Source: Bacteroidales bacterium (GTDB lineage Bacteria > Bacteroidota > Bacteroidia > Bacteroidales > DTGW01). From it: a stretch of DNA of 64,000 nt. The stretch lies in NCBI GenBank assembly GCA_035374585.1, contig DAOSPF010000011.1, positions 28-64,027 of the forward strand, written 5' to 3'. The position numbers and the translations under genes were made by a program. Of this stretch, positions 18,186 through 28,293 are shown in pieces (the first letter of the stretch is position 1; each line of letters starts with the position of its first letter). The notes beneath the pieces were generated by a model. That model worked only from the letters and a program-made list of their open reading frames with translations. It made no database searches and was not told where the DNA came from.

Positions 18186-19970
18186 TTACTTAAACACCTC
18201 TGTCCGCTTCTGGGCTATATACGACTCTTTAGTATTAACAATTATCGTAGAAGAATAAGGCAACTCTGAGCGTTGAAGTTTATTAGTAGGCCTTACAATG
18301 AAAGTCCTTTCCCCAGCCTTGATTACAACAGGTATTGAGAATCCTTCAACAGCATTGCCCCATTTGTAATAAAAATTGTTTTTGCCAGTATTTTGGTCAT
18401 ACGAAAACTCCCAAAGGAGTATGGGACAAACCCTCGAATACAAGTACTGATTGAAGAATGTGGTAAAATCTTTACCAGTCTTTTCATTCACCAGCTTCAT
18501 AAAAGCCTCTGTAGTAGCAATACCATAAGCATTCTGCAAATAAAAGGTTTTTAAAATGTCCCTGAAAATAGAATCATTGTTTATTGAGTTTCGTAAGGTA
18601 TGCAATGTCAAAGCCCCTTTCATATATACATCGGTATCACGGTAATCCCAAAAGTTAACAGCATAAGGGCCTATAACAGGCTTTTTGTTTTTAATCAACA
18701 TGGCGTAAAACCTGAGTAATTTAAAATAATCATCTTTCCCCTTTGCTGCCTCCAAAAAAAGGGCTTCAGAATAAGTAGCAAAACCTTCATGTATCCAGAC
18801 ATCAGCATAATCTGAGGCCGATACGCTATTCCCCCACCATTCATGGGCCGTTTCGTGCAATATAATATGGTCCGTCCCAATCCAAGGTGCTATTTTATAA
18901 GCATTACCATAAGCAATAGCAGACTGGTGTTCCATTCCCTCATAAGGACTTTCTACAAGCTTGTATCCATCTTTAGGCCATGGATATGGCCCGTAAAATT
19001 GCTCAAATTTGCTGATAATACTATCTACTATCAAAAAATGGTTCTGGGCAATTTTATAATTGTCCTTTAATACATAAAAATCCATGTCGAAATTTGAAAA
19101 CCTGCTACTGTAAATCCTTTGGAACTTGGCAAAGTTGCCAAGATAAAATGTAAAATTGTAATGATTGATAGGATAATGAACTTTCCAGGTATAAGTAACC
19201 TCATCGCCAATAGCGGTAGAATCAATCATCACGCCATTAGAAACACAATAAAGACCTTTAGGCACAATAAAATGTGACAATATGCTGTCAGGTTCGTCAG
19301 GGAGCTGGTCTTTTGATGGCCACCAAAGACTCGAACCCGCAACTTCACAAGCAACTCCGGCCCAGGTATTCCCATATTTATCATTCTTCCAAACCATGCC
19401 ACCTTCCCAGGGAGGACGCTTAGCCACTTGTGGTTTGCCATGATAATACATAGTCAACTGCAATCTCTCTCCCTTTGCTACCTTTTGCGGGGTATAAATA
19501 AATACAGCTCCATGTTTTCGAGAAAAAATGAGAGGTTTACCATTCATCAAAACACTATCAAAAGATAAATTGGGGTACAAATCTACCTGTAACATTTCAA
19601 AATCACTCAATGCCTTGCAGTGCATGATTACCTTTCCGCCAACTTCTTTAGTTTGAGGTTGTATTCGAATAAACAACTCATAAAACGTAACATCATAGCA
19701 GGCTCGCCGGGGAGAAATGGCCCCATGCAAAGAGTCTGCCTCAGTAAACTTTGGAAATTTATAAGCAAAACGAGGCGTTTTATGCGACATATTAATCCCT
19801 ACAAAAGAGCATGAACTAAAAAGTAAACAGCAAAAACAACAAAAAAGGCCCTTTTGAACAAAATTAATTTTCAATAATCGGATAACTTGAGCTGCAAAAA
19901 CAAGTGAGCTTGTCCCGACAAATGGCAATCCAAACGCGTTTGTGTTTACTTCTATACATGCCCGTTTCAT
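18186..19970 (-). CDS. M1 family zinc metallopeptidase (aminopeptidase N-like), lipoprotein
   Basis: GMEHQS, HETAHEWWGN (HEXXH) and WIHEGFATY motifs, plus lipobox LLFSSC. The start is uncertain: GTG at 20021, ATG at 19970, or TTG at 19874 just before the signal peptide. Confidence 0.88.
   Translation of the reverse strand: MKRACIEVNTNAFGLPFVGTSSLVFAAQVIRLLKINFVQKGLFCCFCCLLFSSCSFVGINMSHKTPRFAYKFPKFTEADSLHGAISPRRACYDVTFYELFIRIQPQTKEVGGKVIMHCKALSDFEMLQVDLYPNLSFDSVLMNGKPLIFSRKHGAVFIYTPQKVAKGERLQLTMYYHGKPQVAKRPPWEGGMVWKNDKYGNTWAGVACEVAGSSLWWPSKDQLPDEPDSILSHFIVPKGLYCVSNGVMIDSTAIGDEVTYTWKVHYPINHYNFTFYLGNFAKFQRIYSSRFSNFDMDFYVLKDNYKIAQNHFLIVDSIISKFEQFYGPYPWPKDGYKLVESPYEGMEHQSAIAYGNAYKIAPWIGTDHIILHETAHEWWGNSVSASDYADVWIHEGFATYSEALFLEAAKGKDDYFKLLRFYAMLIKNKKPVIGPYAVNFWDYRDTDVYMKGALTLHTLRNSINNDSIFRDILKTFYLQNAYGIATTEAFMKLVNEKTGKDFTTFFNQYLYSRVCPILLWEFSYDQNTGKNNFYYKWGNAVEGFSIPVVIKAGERTFIVRPTNKLQRSELPYSSTIIVNTKESYIAQKRTEVFK
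19872..19970 (-). repeat. leader cassette copy A (ATGAAACGGGCATGT...), upstream of or fused to the M1 peptidase gene
   Basis: Minus strand reads ATGAAACGGGCATGTATAGAAGTAAACACAAACGCG...GTCGGGACAAGCTC...TTG AAA. TTG lies at +96 from the box start. Confidence 0.6.
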
Positions 19971-20136
19971 GCGAAAAATTCTTACAACGTCGAAAATACC
20001 TGCAAATACGATGCAGTGCACAATTCAAAATCTTTAAATGCGCCACAATATTAATGAAAGATAATTAGAAATTTGGAAAACAATAAGTTTTTTTGTACAT
20101 TTCGCCAAAATCGTTGTAAAACCTAAAACACATCAC

Positions 20137-20556
20137 ATGAAAAAGATTATATTCTTAGTTTCGCTGGTTACAATAGCTTTTTGGGGTTGCAAAAACAATT
20201 CATCTGAATATATAAACAAACTGGAACAGAAGATTAAAGAAGATTCGCTGAAAAATGTAGCAGAAATGCAGACCTTAAAAAGCGAAATGCAGGCACGCCT
20301 TGATTCAATGCAACAAGCTTGTGGCGATTGCATTGGATCGTTCTATGTTGTAACCGGAAGTTTCCGTGAACCACAAAACGCTGACAATTATCTGGCTGAG
20401 ATGAAAAAGCAAGGGTTTAAAGCTCAAATCATCGTTGCCCCTAATGGGTTTCATCTGGTTTGCATCTATTGCGGACAAAATCTCAAAGACGTACTCGGAG
20501 CTCTCCAATCTGCCCGCAACAATGTACAACCTGAATCGTGGGTGTATATTAAATAA
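20137..20556 (+). CDS. SPOR domain-containing lipoprotein
   Basis: Lipobox AFWGC. C-terminal FYVVTGSFREPQNADNYLAEMKKQGFKAQII is SPOR-like. Confidence 0.75.
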   Translation: MKKIIFLVSLVTIAFWGCKNNSSEYINKLEQKIKEDSLKNVAEMQTLKSEMQARLDSMQQACGDCIGSFYVVTGSFREPQNADNYLAEMKKQGFKAQIIVAPNGFHLVCIYCGQNLKDVLGALQSARNNVQPESWVYIK

Positions 20557-20588
20557 TATGTGTTTTTATATTTATTTTATCTAATACC

Positions 20589-20620
20589 TTGCAAATTAGA
20601 AAAAAAAACATATAAATTTG
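20589..20620 (+). promoter_or_regulatory. Bacteroidota-type promoter for rimP-nusA-infB (-33-like TTG, -7 box TAAATTTG)
   Basis: TAAATTTG at 20613-20620 matches TAnnTTTG. TTGC lies about 20 nt upstream. Confidence 0.5.
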
Positions 20621-20641
20621 CAATCGAAATATCATTCAGGG

Positions 20642-20670
20642 AATAGGGGACAAAAAGTCCCCTATTTTAT
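20642..20670 (+). promoter_or_regulatory. leader hairpin plus U-rich tail immediately before the rimP start (candidate attenuator)
   Basis: Perfect 10-bp stem AATAGGGGAC / GTCCCCTATT with an AAAAA loop, followed by TTAT. The ATG lies 11 nt after the stem. Confidence 0.5.
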
Positions 20671-20677
20671 TAGCTAT

Positions 20678-21136
20678 ATGAACGTAGAACAAATAAAAAA
20701 CATAGTTGAAGAAGCCATCGACAAATCTAAACTTTTTGTCGTTGAAGTAAATTGCAGTCCTTCCAATAAAATCACTGTTGCTGTGGATGCTTTTCACAAC
20801 ATCACACTTGACGAATGTGTATTTATCAGCCGTGCCATTGAGTCAAAGCTCAACCGCGATGAAGAAGACTTTGAACTGGAAGTAACCTCACCGGGCCTTT
20901 CGCAGCCATTTAAAGTACATCAACAATACCTTAAAAATCAGGGCAAAGAAGTAGAAGTGCTTTTGAAAGACGGAGAAAAACTAACAGGCATATTACAAAA
21001 CGTTTCCTCCGATGGAATCGAATTAGCGCTTTTTGCCCAAAAGAAAAAAAGCAAGAAACCTCCTGTAGAAGAACCTGAGAAAGAGTTCTACAAGTTTGAA
21101 GAGATAAAATGGACTAAAGAACATATAAAATTTTAA
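20678..21136 (+). CDS. rimP: ribosome maturation factor RimP
   Basis: Position directly before nusA-infB, size, and an LEVTSPGL-type motif. The ATG at 20678 was chosen because the TTG at 20618 lies inside the predicted -7 promoter box. Confidence 0.88.
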   Translation: MNVEQIKNIVEEAIDKSKLFVVEVNCSPSNKITVAVDAFHNITLDECVFISRAIESKLNRDEEDFELEVTSPGLSQPFKVHQQYLKNQGKEVEVLLKDGEKLTGILQNVSSDGIELALFAQKKKSKKPPVEEPEKEFYKFEEIKWTKEHIKF

Positions 21137-21168
21137 TAGTACTTTGTTGAAACCAGAAAATTACTGAT

Positions 21169-22404
21169 ATGGAAAACGCAAGTCTTATCGAAACCTTATT
21201 GGAGTTTAAAGAGCAGAAGAACATCGATCGTGCAACCCTGATGAGGGTACTTGAAGACGTATTCAGGGCACACCTTGTAAAACATTATGGCAACGCAGAC
21301 AATTTTGACATCATTATCAACATTGACAAAGGGGACTTTGAAATTTGGCGCAACCGTCATGTAGTAGCAGATGATGAACTTACCGACCCTGTTAGCCAAA
21401 TTTCGCTGACAGAAGCCCAAAAGATAGACGAAGATTATGAAATTGGCGAAGATGTTACCGATGAAGTAAAACTATCATCGTTTGAACGCCGTTCGATATT
21501 ATCATTGCGCCAAAACCTCAACGCCCGTATCAGCGAACTCGAAAAGAGCAATATTTACGCAAAATATAAAGACAGAATTGGCGAAATCATCACCGGTGAA
21601 GTTTACCAGGTTTGGAAAAAAGAAATACTTGTATTGGATGACGAAGAAAACGAACTTTCGTTGCCCAAGACTGAACAAATCCCGGGCGACCATTTCCGCA
21701 AAGGCGATACCGTAAGGGCAGTAGTTTATAAAGTAGAAATGCGCAATAACTCTCCACAAATCATCTTGTCACGTACTGCATCTACTTTCCTCGAAAGGCT
21801 TTTCGAACTTGAAGTCCCAGAAATCAATGACGGCCTCATTACTATCAAAAAGATTGTACGAATGCCAGGGGAAAGGGCAAAAGTAGCAGTTGAATCTTAT
21901 GATGAACGCATTGACCCTGTTGGGGCATGCGTAGGGATGAAAGGCTCTCGTATCCACGGCATAGTACGTGAATTGCGCAATGAAAACATAGACGTAATAA
22001 ACTTTACAAACAACATTCAGCTTTTTATCCAAAGAGCGTTGAGCCCTGCTAAAATCAACTCTATTAAAATAATTGAAGAAACTAAGCATGCCGAAGTATA
22101 TCTTCACCCCAAAGAGGTATCTCTGGCTATTGGTAAAGGAGGGCTCAACATTAAGCTTGCCAGCAAGCTTACAGGGTATGAAATTGACGTTTATCGTGAG
22201 TCAGAACAGGACGAAGAAGATGTTAACCTCGACGAATTTGCTGACGAAATTGACGATTGGATTATCGATGAGCTCAAAGCCATTGGTTGCGACACCGCCA
22301 AAAGCGTATTAGAAATTGGTGCCGAAGACCTGGTTAAACGTACAGATCTGGAAGAAGAAACAGTGAAAGAACTGATCAGGATCCTTAAAGCTGAATTTGA
22401 ATAA
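21169..22404 (+). CDS. nusA: transcription termination/antitermination factor NusA
   Basis: S1 and tandem KH regions (ACVGMKGSRIHGIVRELRNENIDV; LAIGKGGLNIKLASKLTG). Confidence 0.97.
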   Translation: MENASLIETLLEFKEQKNIDRATLMRVLEDVFRAHLVKHYGNADNFDIIINIDKGDFEIWRNRHVVADDELTDPVSQISLTEAQKIDEDYEIGEDVTDEVKLSSFERRSILSLRQNLNARISELEKSNIYAKYKDRIGEIITGEVYQVWKKEILVLDDEENELSLPKTEQIPGDHFRKGDTVRAVVYKVEMRNNSPQIILSRTASTFLERLFELEVPEINDGLITIKKIVRMPGERAKVAVESYDERIDPVGACVGMKGSRIHGIVRELRNENIDVINFTNNIQLFIQRALSPAKINSIKIIEETKHAEVYLHPKEVSLAIGKGGLNIKLASKLTGYEIDVYRESEQDEEDVNLDEFADEIDDWIIDELKAIGCDTAKSVLEIGAEDLVKRTDLEEETVKELIRILKAEFE

Positions 22405-22572
22405 GCACATAACAAAAAAGAAGGTTGATATAAATTTAAATATCAGTTATTTATAAAATAAAAAAGAAAAGTTACTTTTGTTCCTTGAAAAACAAATAAA
22501 ATCAAAAGGCAACAGTATCAATTTCGAGTATCAGGCAAAGAAAACAAAATTGAATTTTAGCAGCACTATAAT

Positions 22573-25476
22573 ATGAGCGACATTAAAGGAGTACGACTTA
22601 GTAAATTAGCCAAAGAACTGAATGTTGGTATAAACACCATTACCGACTTCTTAAAAAAGAAGGGACATACCATAGAACATGATCCCAACGCAAAAATTTC
22701 GCCAGAGCTGGTAACCTTACTTGAAAAAGAGTTTAGCAGTGAGATTAGTGCAAAAAAAGAATCTGAAAAAGTTGATTTGAAAGGCATACGTGAAAAAAAA
22801 GAAACTATTGTCCTTCAAGAAAAGCACCAGTCAATAGATAAGGATAATAATCAAGAAACTGAAACTGCTTTAAGCGAAAGCAAAGAAAAAATTGAACTTA
22901 AAGTTGTTGGTAAAATTAACCTTGATGCCCCTAAAGTTGAAAAGTCTGCTCCAAAGGTAAATGCTGAAGAAAGTAAAAAAGAAATTGTTGTCAACGAAAA
23001 ACCAAAAAATATTGAAAAAACTGCTGCTAAAATCGAAAAGCCTGTAGATATCCCTCTTGAAGTGCCTAATGAAATTGAAGCTCCAAAAGTTGTTGGCCGT
23101 ATTGACCTCGACAATATGAACCTCAAGACCCGTCCGGATAAAAAAACAAAAGAAGAACGCATTAGAGAAGAAAAAGAAAAACAAAAAGAAGCCAGGGCAA
23201 ACGTAACTGCTAAAATAGCAGAACCCCAGAATAAAAGCGAAGAGGTAAAAGCAGCTACCGAAGAAATAGAAGAAGAAATAGAAGAAACCTCTGAATCAGC
23301 AAGCCAGGAAGATTTAATCCGCATGCCAATTGAAAAACTTAATGGCCCTAAGGTTTTAGGGAAAATAGACCTTCCTTCAGAAAAAGAAAAAAAACTTGTA
23401 ATATCTTCAAGCTCAATTGACAGCGACAAATTCAAAAAGAAAAAACGCAAACGGATAAAAATTGAAGGGCAAAAAGTAAGTGTAGTCCCTGAGCAAAAAG
23501 CTCCCGCAAAACCTCTTGAAGTAAAACTCAAAAAAGACAAGAAAAAATTTAAAAAACCTTTCAGGCCTGAAGTAAGTGAAGAAGAAGTTTCTAAACAAAT
23601 TAAAGAAACCCTTGCCCGTCTCACCTCAAAAGGAAAATCAAAAACTTCAAAATACCGTCGCGAAAAACGTGAAGAAATCCGTGAACGTCAACAGGCTGAG
23701 TTAGAACTGCAAGAAATAGAAAAAAACATCCTTAAAGTAACAGAATTTGTTTCGGTAAACGAATTGGCCACTATGATGGATGTTCCGGCAACAAAGCTTA
23801 TTGCTACATGTATGAGCCTTGGGCTGTTTGTTTCAATCAACCAAAGATTAGATGCAGAAACCATTGTATTATTGGCCGAAGAACACAATTACAAAGTAGA
23901 ATTCATTAGTGCAGAGATTCAGGAAGCAATCAAAGAAGAAGAAGTTGACACCCCGGACAAGCTTTTACCAAGGCCTCCAATTGTAACAGTAATGGGGCAC
24001 GTAGACCATGGGAAAACCAAACTGCTTGACTTTATCCGCAACACCAACGTTATAGCTGGAGAAGCCGGAGGTATTACCCAACATATCGGAGCTTATTCAG
24101 TACAGGTTGCAGATGGCAAACAAATCACATTTCTTGATACTCCGGGTCACGAAGCATTTACAGCAATGCGCGCCCGTGGGGCCAAAATTACAGACATTGC
24201 TATCATTGTGATCGCAGCCGATGATGGCGTAATGCCCCAAACCCGGGAAGCAATTAACCACGCCCAGGCAGCCGGCGTACCAATTATTTTTGCCATTAAC
24301 AAAATAGATAAACCTACGGCCAACCCCGAAAAAATAAAAGAAGAACTTGCAGCCATGAACCTTCTGGTAGAAGATTGGGGAGGTAAATATCAATCTCAGG
24401 AAGTTTCAGCCAAATCTGGATTAAACATCGACAAGTTACTTGAAAAAGTGCTACTTGAAGCAGAAATATTAGAACTCAAAGCAAACCCAAATAAAAATGC
24501 CAAAGGTACAGTTGTAGAATCAACGCTGGACAAAGGCCGTGGGTATGTAGCTACCATACTTGTTCAGAGTGGCACATTAAAACAAGGCGACATAGTACTT
24601 GCAGGGACCAATTATGGAAAAGTAAAAGCCATGTACAACGAACGTGGCAAAAAAATTGACGTTGCAGGGCCCTCGACACCGGTACTTATTTTGGGTTTAA
24701 ATGGTGCGCCACAGGCCGGTGATGAGTTTCATGTACTTAACGATGAAAAAGAAGTAAAAGAAATTGCTGCAAAACGAGAACAATTACAACGCGAGCAAGG
24801 CTTACGTACCAAAAAACATATCACCCTCGACGAAATTGGCCGCCGTATTGCTATTGGCAACTTCAAAGAGCTTAACATTATTGTAAAAGGTGACGTGGAC
24901 GGTTCCATCGAAGCCTTATCAGACTCGCTTATCAAGCTTTCTACCGAAGAAATCCAGGTCAACATTATCCATAAAGCAGTAGGCCAGATCTCCGAATCGG
25001 ATATCATGTTGGCTGTTGCATCCAATGCTATTGTAGTAGGGTTTCAGGTACGTCCATCAATGAGTGCCCGACGCCTGGCCGAAAAAGAACAAATCGAAAT
25101 ACGCCTATACTCTATCATCTACGATGCCATTGAAGAAATTAAAGATGCTATGGAAGGCATGCTTTCGCCCGAAATCAAAGAAGAAATTGTTGCCACCCTT
25201 GAAATACGCGAAGTATTTAAGATTTCAAAAGTTGGTGCTGTTGCCGGGTGTATTTGTAAAGAAGGGAAAATACAACGCAACACCAAAGTTCGCGTTATCC
25301 GGGATGGTATTGTAGTTTACACCGGCGAGCTTGCCTCTTTGAAACGTTTCAAAGATGATGTAAAAGAAGTACTCCCAGGCCAAGATTGCGGCTTAGGCAT
25401 TTCCAACTTCAATGACATAAAAGTTGGCGATATTATAGAAGGCTACAAAGAAACTGAAGTAAAGAAAAAGCTGTAA
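22573..25476 (+). CDS. infB: translation initiation factor IF-2
   Basis: GTPase motifs [13 protein letters not shown] and NKID, with a Lys/Glu-rich N-terminal region. Confidence 0.98.
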   Translation: MSDIKGVRLSKLAKELNVGINTITDFLKKKGHTIEHDPNAKISPELVTLLEKEFSSEISAKKESEKVDLKGIREKKETIVLQEKHQSIDKDNNQETETALSESKEKIELKVVGKINLDAPKVEKSAPKVNAEESKKEIVVNEKPKNIEKTAAKIEKPVDIPLEVPNEIEAPKVVGRIDLDNMNLKTRPDKKTKEERIREEKEKQKEARANVTAKIAEPQNKSEEVKAATEEIEEEIEETSESASQEDLIRMPIEKLNGPKVLGKIDLPSEKEKKLVISSSSIDSDKFKKKKRKRIKIEGQKVSVVPEQKAPAKPLEVKLKKDKKKFKKPFRPEVSEEEVSKQIKETLARLTSKGKSKTSKYRREKREEIRERQQAELELQEIEKNILKVTEFVSVNELATMMDVPATKLIATCMSLGLFVSINQRLDAETIVLLAEEHNYKVEFISAEIQEAIKEEEVDTPDKLLPRPPIVTVMGHVDHGKTKLLDFIRNTNVIAGEAGGITQHIGAYSVQVADGKQITFLDTPGHEAFTAMRARGAKITDIAIIVIAADDGVMPQTREAINHAQAAGVPIIFAINKIDKPTANPEKIKEELAAMNLLVEDWGGKYQSQEVSAKSGLNIDKLLEKVLLEAEILELKANPNKNAKGTVVESTLDKGRGYVATILVQSGTLKQGDIVLAGTNYGKVKAMYNERGKKIDVAGPSTPVLILGLNGAPQAGDEFHVLNDEKEVKEIAAKREQLQREQGLRTKKHITLDEIGRRIAIGNFKELNIIVKGDVDGSIEALSDSLIKLSTEEIQVNIIHKAVGQISESDIMLAVASNAIVVGFQVRPSMSARRLAEKEQIEIRLYSIIYDAIEEIKDAMEGMLSPEIKEEIVATLEIREVFKISKVGAVAGCICKEGKIQRNTKVRVIRDGIVVYTGELASLKRFKDDVKEVLPGQDCGLGISNFNDIKVGDIIEGYKETEVKKKL

Positions 25477-25502
25477 AAAATTCAACTTAAGAATATCATA
25501 AA

Positions 25503-25537
25503 AAAACGCCTTGACTCAAAAGTTAAGGCGTTTTTTT
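25503..25537 (+). terminator. intrinsic terminator after infB
   Basis: AACGCCTT ... AAGGCGTT stem followed by a T-run. Confidence 0.8.
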
Positions 25538-25574
25538 ATGGGAAATTACAGCCTGCTGATGAGATTAATTTGGG

Positions 25575-25609
25575 TTTAAATAAACATTTAAAAATTATAT
25601 ATATATTTG
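25575..25609 (+). promoter_or_regulatory. candidate promoter for the aminotransferase/glycosyltransferase pair (-7 box TATATTTG)
   Basis: TATATTTG at 25602-25609 matches TAnnTTTG. The -33 element is weak (TTTA) and the spacer is long. Confidence 0.35.
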
Positions 25610-25645
25610 CTTGCCAAGCAAAAGAAACCATAACAATGAAATATA

Positions 25646-26821
25646 ATGCCAATTAATGTTTTTGTGCCAAAATTCAGAACTGATGAAATTTTGGAGGAAA
25701 TAAAAGAATGTCTCGAAAAAGGTTGGACAGGATTAGGTTTTAAAACTGTAGAATTTGAAAACCATTGGAAACAGTATACTGGTATGCCCAATGCTCACTT
25801 TTTATCATCAAACACAGCAGGCCTGCATTTAGCATTAAACATATTTAAAGAGCAAAATAAGTGGGCAGATGGAGATGAGGTTATTTCTACTCCTTTAACT
25901 TTTATTTCTACAAACCATGCAATAGTATATGAAAGGCTTACGCCTGTTTTTGCAGATGTTGATGAATACCTATGCCTCGATCCAAAATCAGTTTTAAAGG
26001 CCATCACCCCTAAAACGAGAGCATTAATATTTGTTGGCATTGGCGGCAACAGTGGACAATACGAAGAAATAGTCAAAATTTGTAAAGAACATAATATAAA
26101 GCTCATATTAGATGCAGCCCATATGGCCGGGACCAAACTCAATGGCAAACACATTGGTAGTGATGCTGATGTAGTTGTGTATAGTTTTCAGGCCGTAAAA
26201 AATCTTCCTTCTGCTGATTCAGGGATGATTTGTTTTGCTGATCAGCAATTGGACAATTTAGCCAGGAAAAAAAGCTGGTTGGGCATTTCAAAAGACACAT
26301 ACCAGCGGTTCAATAAAAACGAGGGTAGTTACAAATGGAAATATGATGTCGAATCTATAGGGTTCAAATATCATGGCAATTCAATTATGGCATCAATGGG
26401 CTTGGTACAACTCAAATATTTGGACGAAGACAATACTTATAGAAGAAAACTTGCGTCTTTATACGATAAAAAACTTGAAAATATAAAAAACATTCAAATT
26501 ATCAAAGTTGCCCCTAATTGTGAAAGTTCAAGGCATCTTTACCAAATTTGTGTCCCGAATCGGGATGAGGTTATGCAATTTTTCTATGACAATGGTATTT
26601 ATCCAGGCGTACACTATATTGATAATACAGAATACACTGTTTACAATTATGCTTATGGCAAATGCCCAAATGCTTCGTTAAAATCAAAAATGCTATTAAG
26701 TTTACCACTACATTTAAACTTAACAGAAAACGATTTAAACTTAATTGTATCAACTTTAGAAAAAGCATTAAAAAATTGCGTTAAACCCAATGAGAGTCTT
26801 ATTTCTGACTTTAGCAAATGA
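25646..26821 (+). CDS. DegT/DnrJ/EryC1/StrS family PLP-dependent sugar aminotransferase
   Basis: Fold-type I layout with the PLP lysine context YSFQAVKNL. Confidence 0.85.
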   Translation: MPINVFVPKFRTDEILEEIKECLEKGWTGLGFKTVEFENHWKQYTGMPNAHFLSSNTAGLHLALNIFKEQNKWADGDEVISTPLTFISTNHAIVYERLTPVFADVDEYLCLDPKSVLKAITPKTRALIFVGIGGNSGQYEEIVKICKEHNIKLILDAAHMAGTKLNGKHIGSDADVVVYSFQAVKNLPSADSGMICFADQQLDNLARKKSWLGISKDTYQRFNKNEGSYKWKYDVESIGFKYHGNSIMASMGLVQLKYLDEDNTYRRKLASLYDKKLENIKNIQIIKVAPNCESSRHLYQICVPNRDEVMQFFYDNGIYPGVHYIDNTEYTVYNYAYGKCPNASLKSKMLLSLPLHLNLTENDLNLIVSTLEKALKNCVKPNESLISDFSK

Positions 26822-27821
26822 TAACATAGCCAGTAGCCGAACAAGGGTATTCCAATTCATTCCGTATTTAAATAAACTGGGCATTACTTGTAAAGTTATT
26901 GTCAGTAACCCATATTATGCAAGACGGTCAAAAAACATCTTGAAAAAGGTCGCAAAAAGTATTCACAAAAAACTAAATAACCTTAATTTCTTTTTTACCA
27001 GCCTGTTTTTTACTAATATTTTTATTCAAAAAGTATATTTGCCCAGATGGGAAATCAAGATTTTTAAATATTGTGGTAAAAACATTATTTATGATTTTGA
27101 TGATGCTATTTATGTAAATGAACAGAGTCAGGCTATTTCAAAAAACAAACGCAAAAGGCTTGATTATGTTTTGAAACAAGCAGATTGGATTACAGTTGAA
27201 AACGAAACTAATGCAAACTATGCCAAAATTTGTGGAAACAATAATTCAATAATTATCACCGGCCCAATAGAATGTAATCGTTATTTTCCACAAGAAAACA
27301 CCAATTCGGGCAACGAATTTGTTATTGGTTGGATTGGAAGCCCCAGTACCACAAAATATCTTGAAATTGTAAAAAGGCCACTCCAAATATTATCCCAAAC
27401 ACATCCCAATTTCAAACTGATGCTGATTGGGGCCAATGATATTGCAATAGAAGGGGTAAATACTGAAAATTACCCTTGGACATTAGATTCTGAAGTAGAA
27501 TTGCTAAGAAAATTTGATATTGGGATAATGCCACTGTATAATGATATTTGGTGTGCAGGAAAAGGCGGATATAAACTTTTACAATACATGGCCTTGGGTA
27601 TCCCTTCTATTGCATCCCCTGTAGGAGTCAACGATGATATTCTTAATATGGGAGATATTGGGTTCAAAGCCATTACAGAAGAAGATTGGATCAAATCTTT
27701 TGAAAAGCTAATCAACAATAAAGAAATACGCTTGCAAATGGGCAAAAAAGCAAGAGAAACTGCGTTGACATATTTTTCCTACGAAAAATATGTCCATGAT
27801 TTAATTCATTGCTTTAGATAA
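26790..27821 (+). CDS. GT-B fold glycosyltransferase (group 1 / GT4-like)
   Basis: C-terminal GKGGYKLLQYMALGIPSIASPVG block. Overlaps the preceding gene by 32 nt. Confidence 0.75.
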   Translation: MRVLFLTLANDNIASSRTRVFQFIPYLNKLGITCKVIVSNPYYARRSKNILKKVAKSIHKKLNNLNFFFTSLFFTNIFIQKVYLPRWEIKIFKYCGKNIIYDFDDAIYVNEQSQAISKNKRKRLDYVLKQADWITVENETNANYAKICGNNNSIIITGPIECNRYFPQENTNSGNEFVIGWIGSPSTTKYLEIVKRPLQILSQTHPNFKLMLIGANDIAIEGVNTENYPWTLDSEVELLRKFDIGIMPLYNDIWCAGKGGYKLLQYMALGIPSIASPVGVNDDILNMGDIGFKAITEEDWIKSFEKLINNKEIRLQMGKKARETALTYFSYEKYVHDLIHCFR

Positions 27822-27940
27822 TTCATTTTTGAGTTTTCTATTACTTTTCTTTCTTTGAGAACCAATCTCCATGCAAAAAAACCTTTTTATTTCTATAACC
27901 ATCAACAGGCAATATTTTGCCGAACTATATGATTTGGATG

Positions 27941-27975
27941 TTTTAATCCTCCCGTTATAAACGGGACAAGCTGAT
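27941..27975 (+). repeat. orphan fragment related to the middle of leader copies A and B (TCCCGTT-ATA-AACGGGACAAGCTG)
   Basis: Shares the hairpin plus CGGGACAAG with B (TCCCGA-TTAG-TCGGGACGAG) and A (GTCGGGACAAGCTC). No ATGAAACG box and no adjacent gene start. Confidence 0.4.
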
Positions 27976-28293
27976 TTAGAAATTGTTTGAAAAATTTTAT
28001 TAAATTATTGAATTACCATATTTAAATCGATTAAGCATTTTTAATGCGGAATTTTGATTTTATAAACATTCAGACAGAATAAATAATGAGTTAATTTTTA
28101 AAATTCCAAAGAAGCCATAACTTGCAACAGAACATTTCGTTATCTTTGTATTGCTGATTAAACATTCATTTTGGGTTATTTTCAATTTTGTTTTTTGAAC
28201 CAAATTCATGTAACATCAGCATAGTCCATTGTAATTTACAAAAGTCTTTTGTACTTTTTATAAATACAATAGGGATAATTTTGCGAAGAAAAA

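Noticed and set aside
22851-23624. 257-aa minus-strand ORF (plus 22870-23184 and 23413-23598) inside infB
   Set aside because: Ser/Phe/Leu-rich mirror image of the Lys/Glu-rich IF-2 linker. This is an antisense low-complexity artefact.
27941-27975. CRISPR-repeat-like sequence GTTTTAATCCTCCCGTTATAAACGGGACAAG
   Set aside because: Only one copy is present, with no spacer-repeat periodicity and no cas genes. It is better explained as a fragment of the leader-cassette family.
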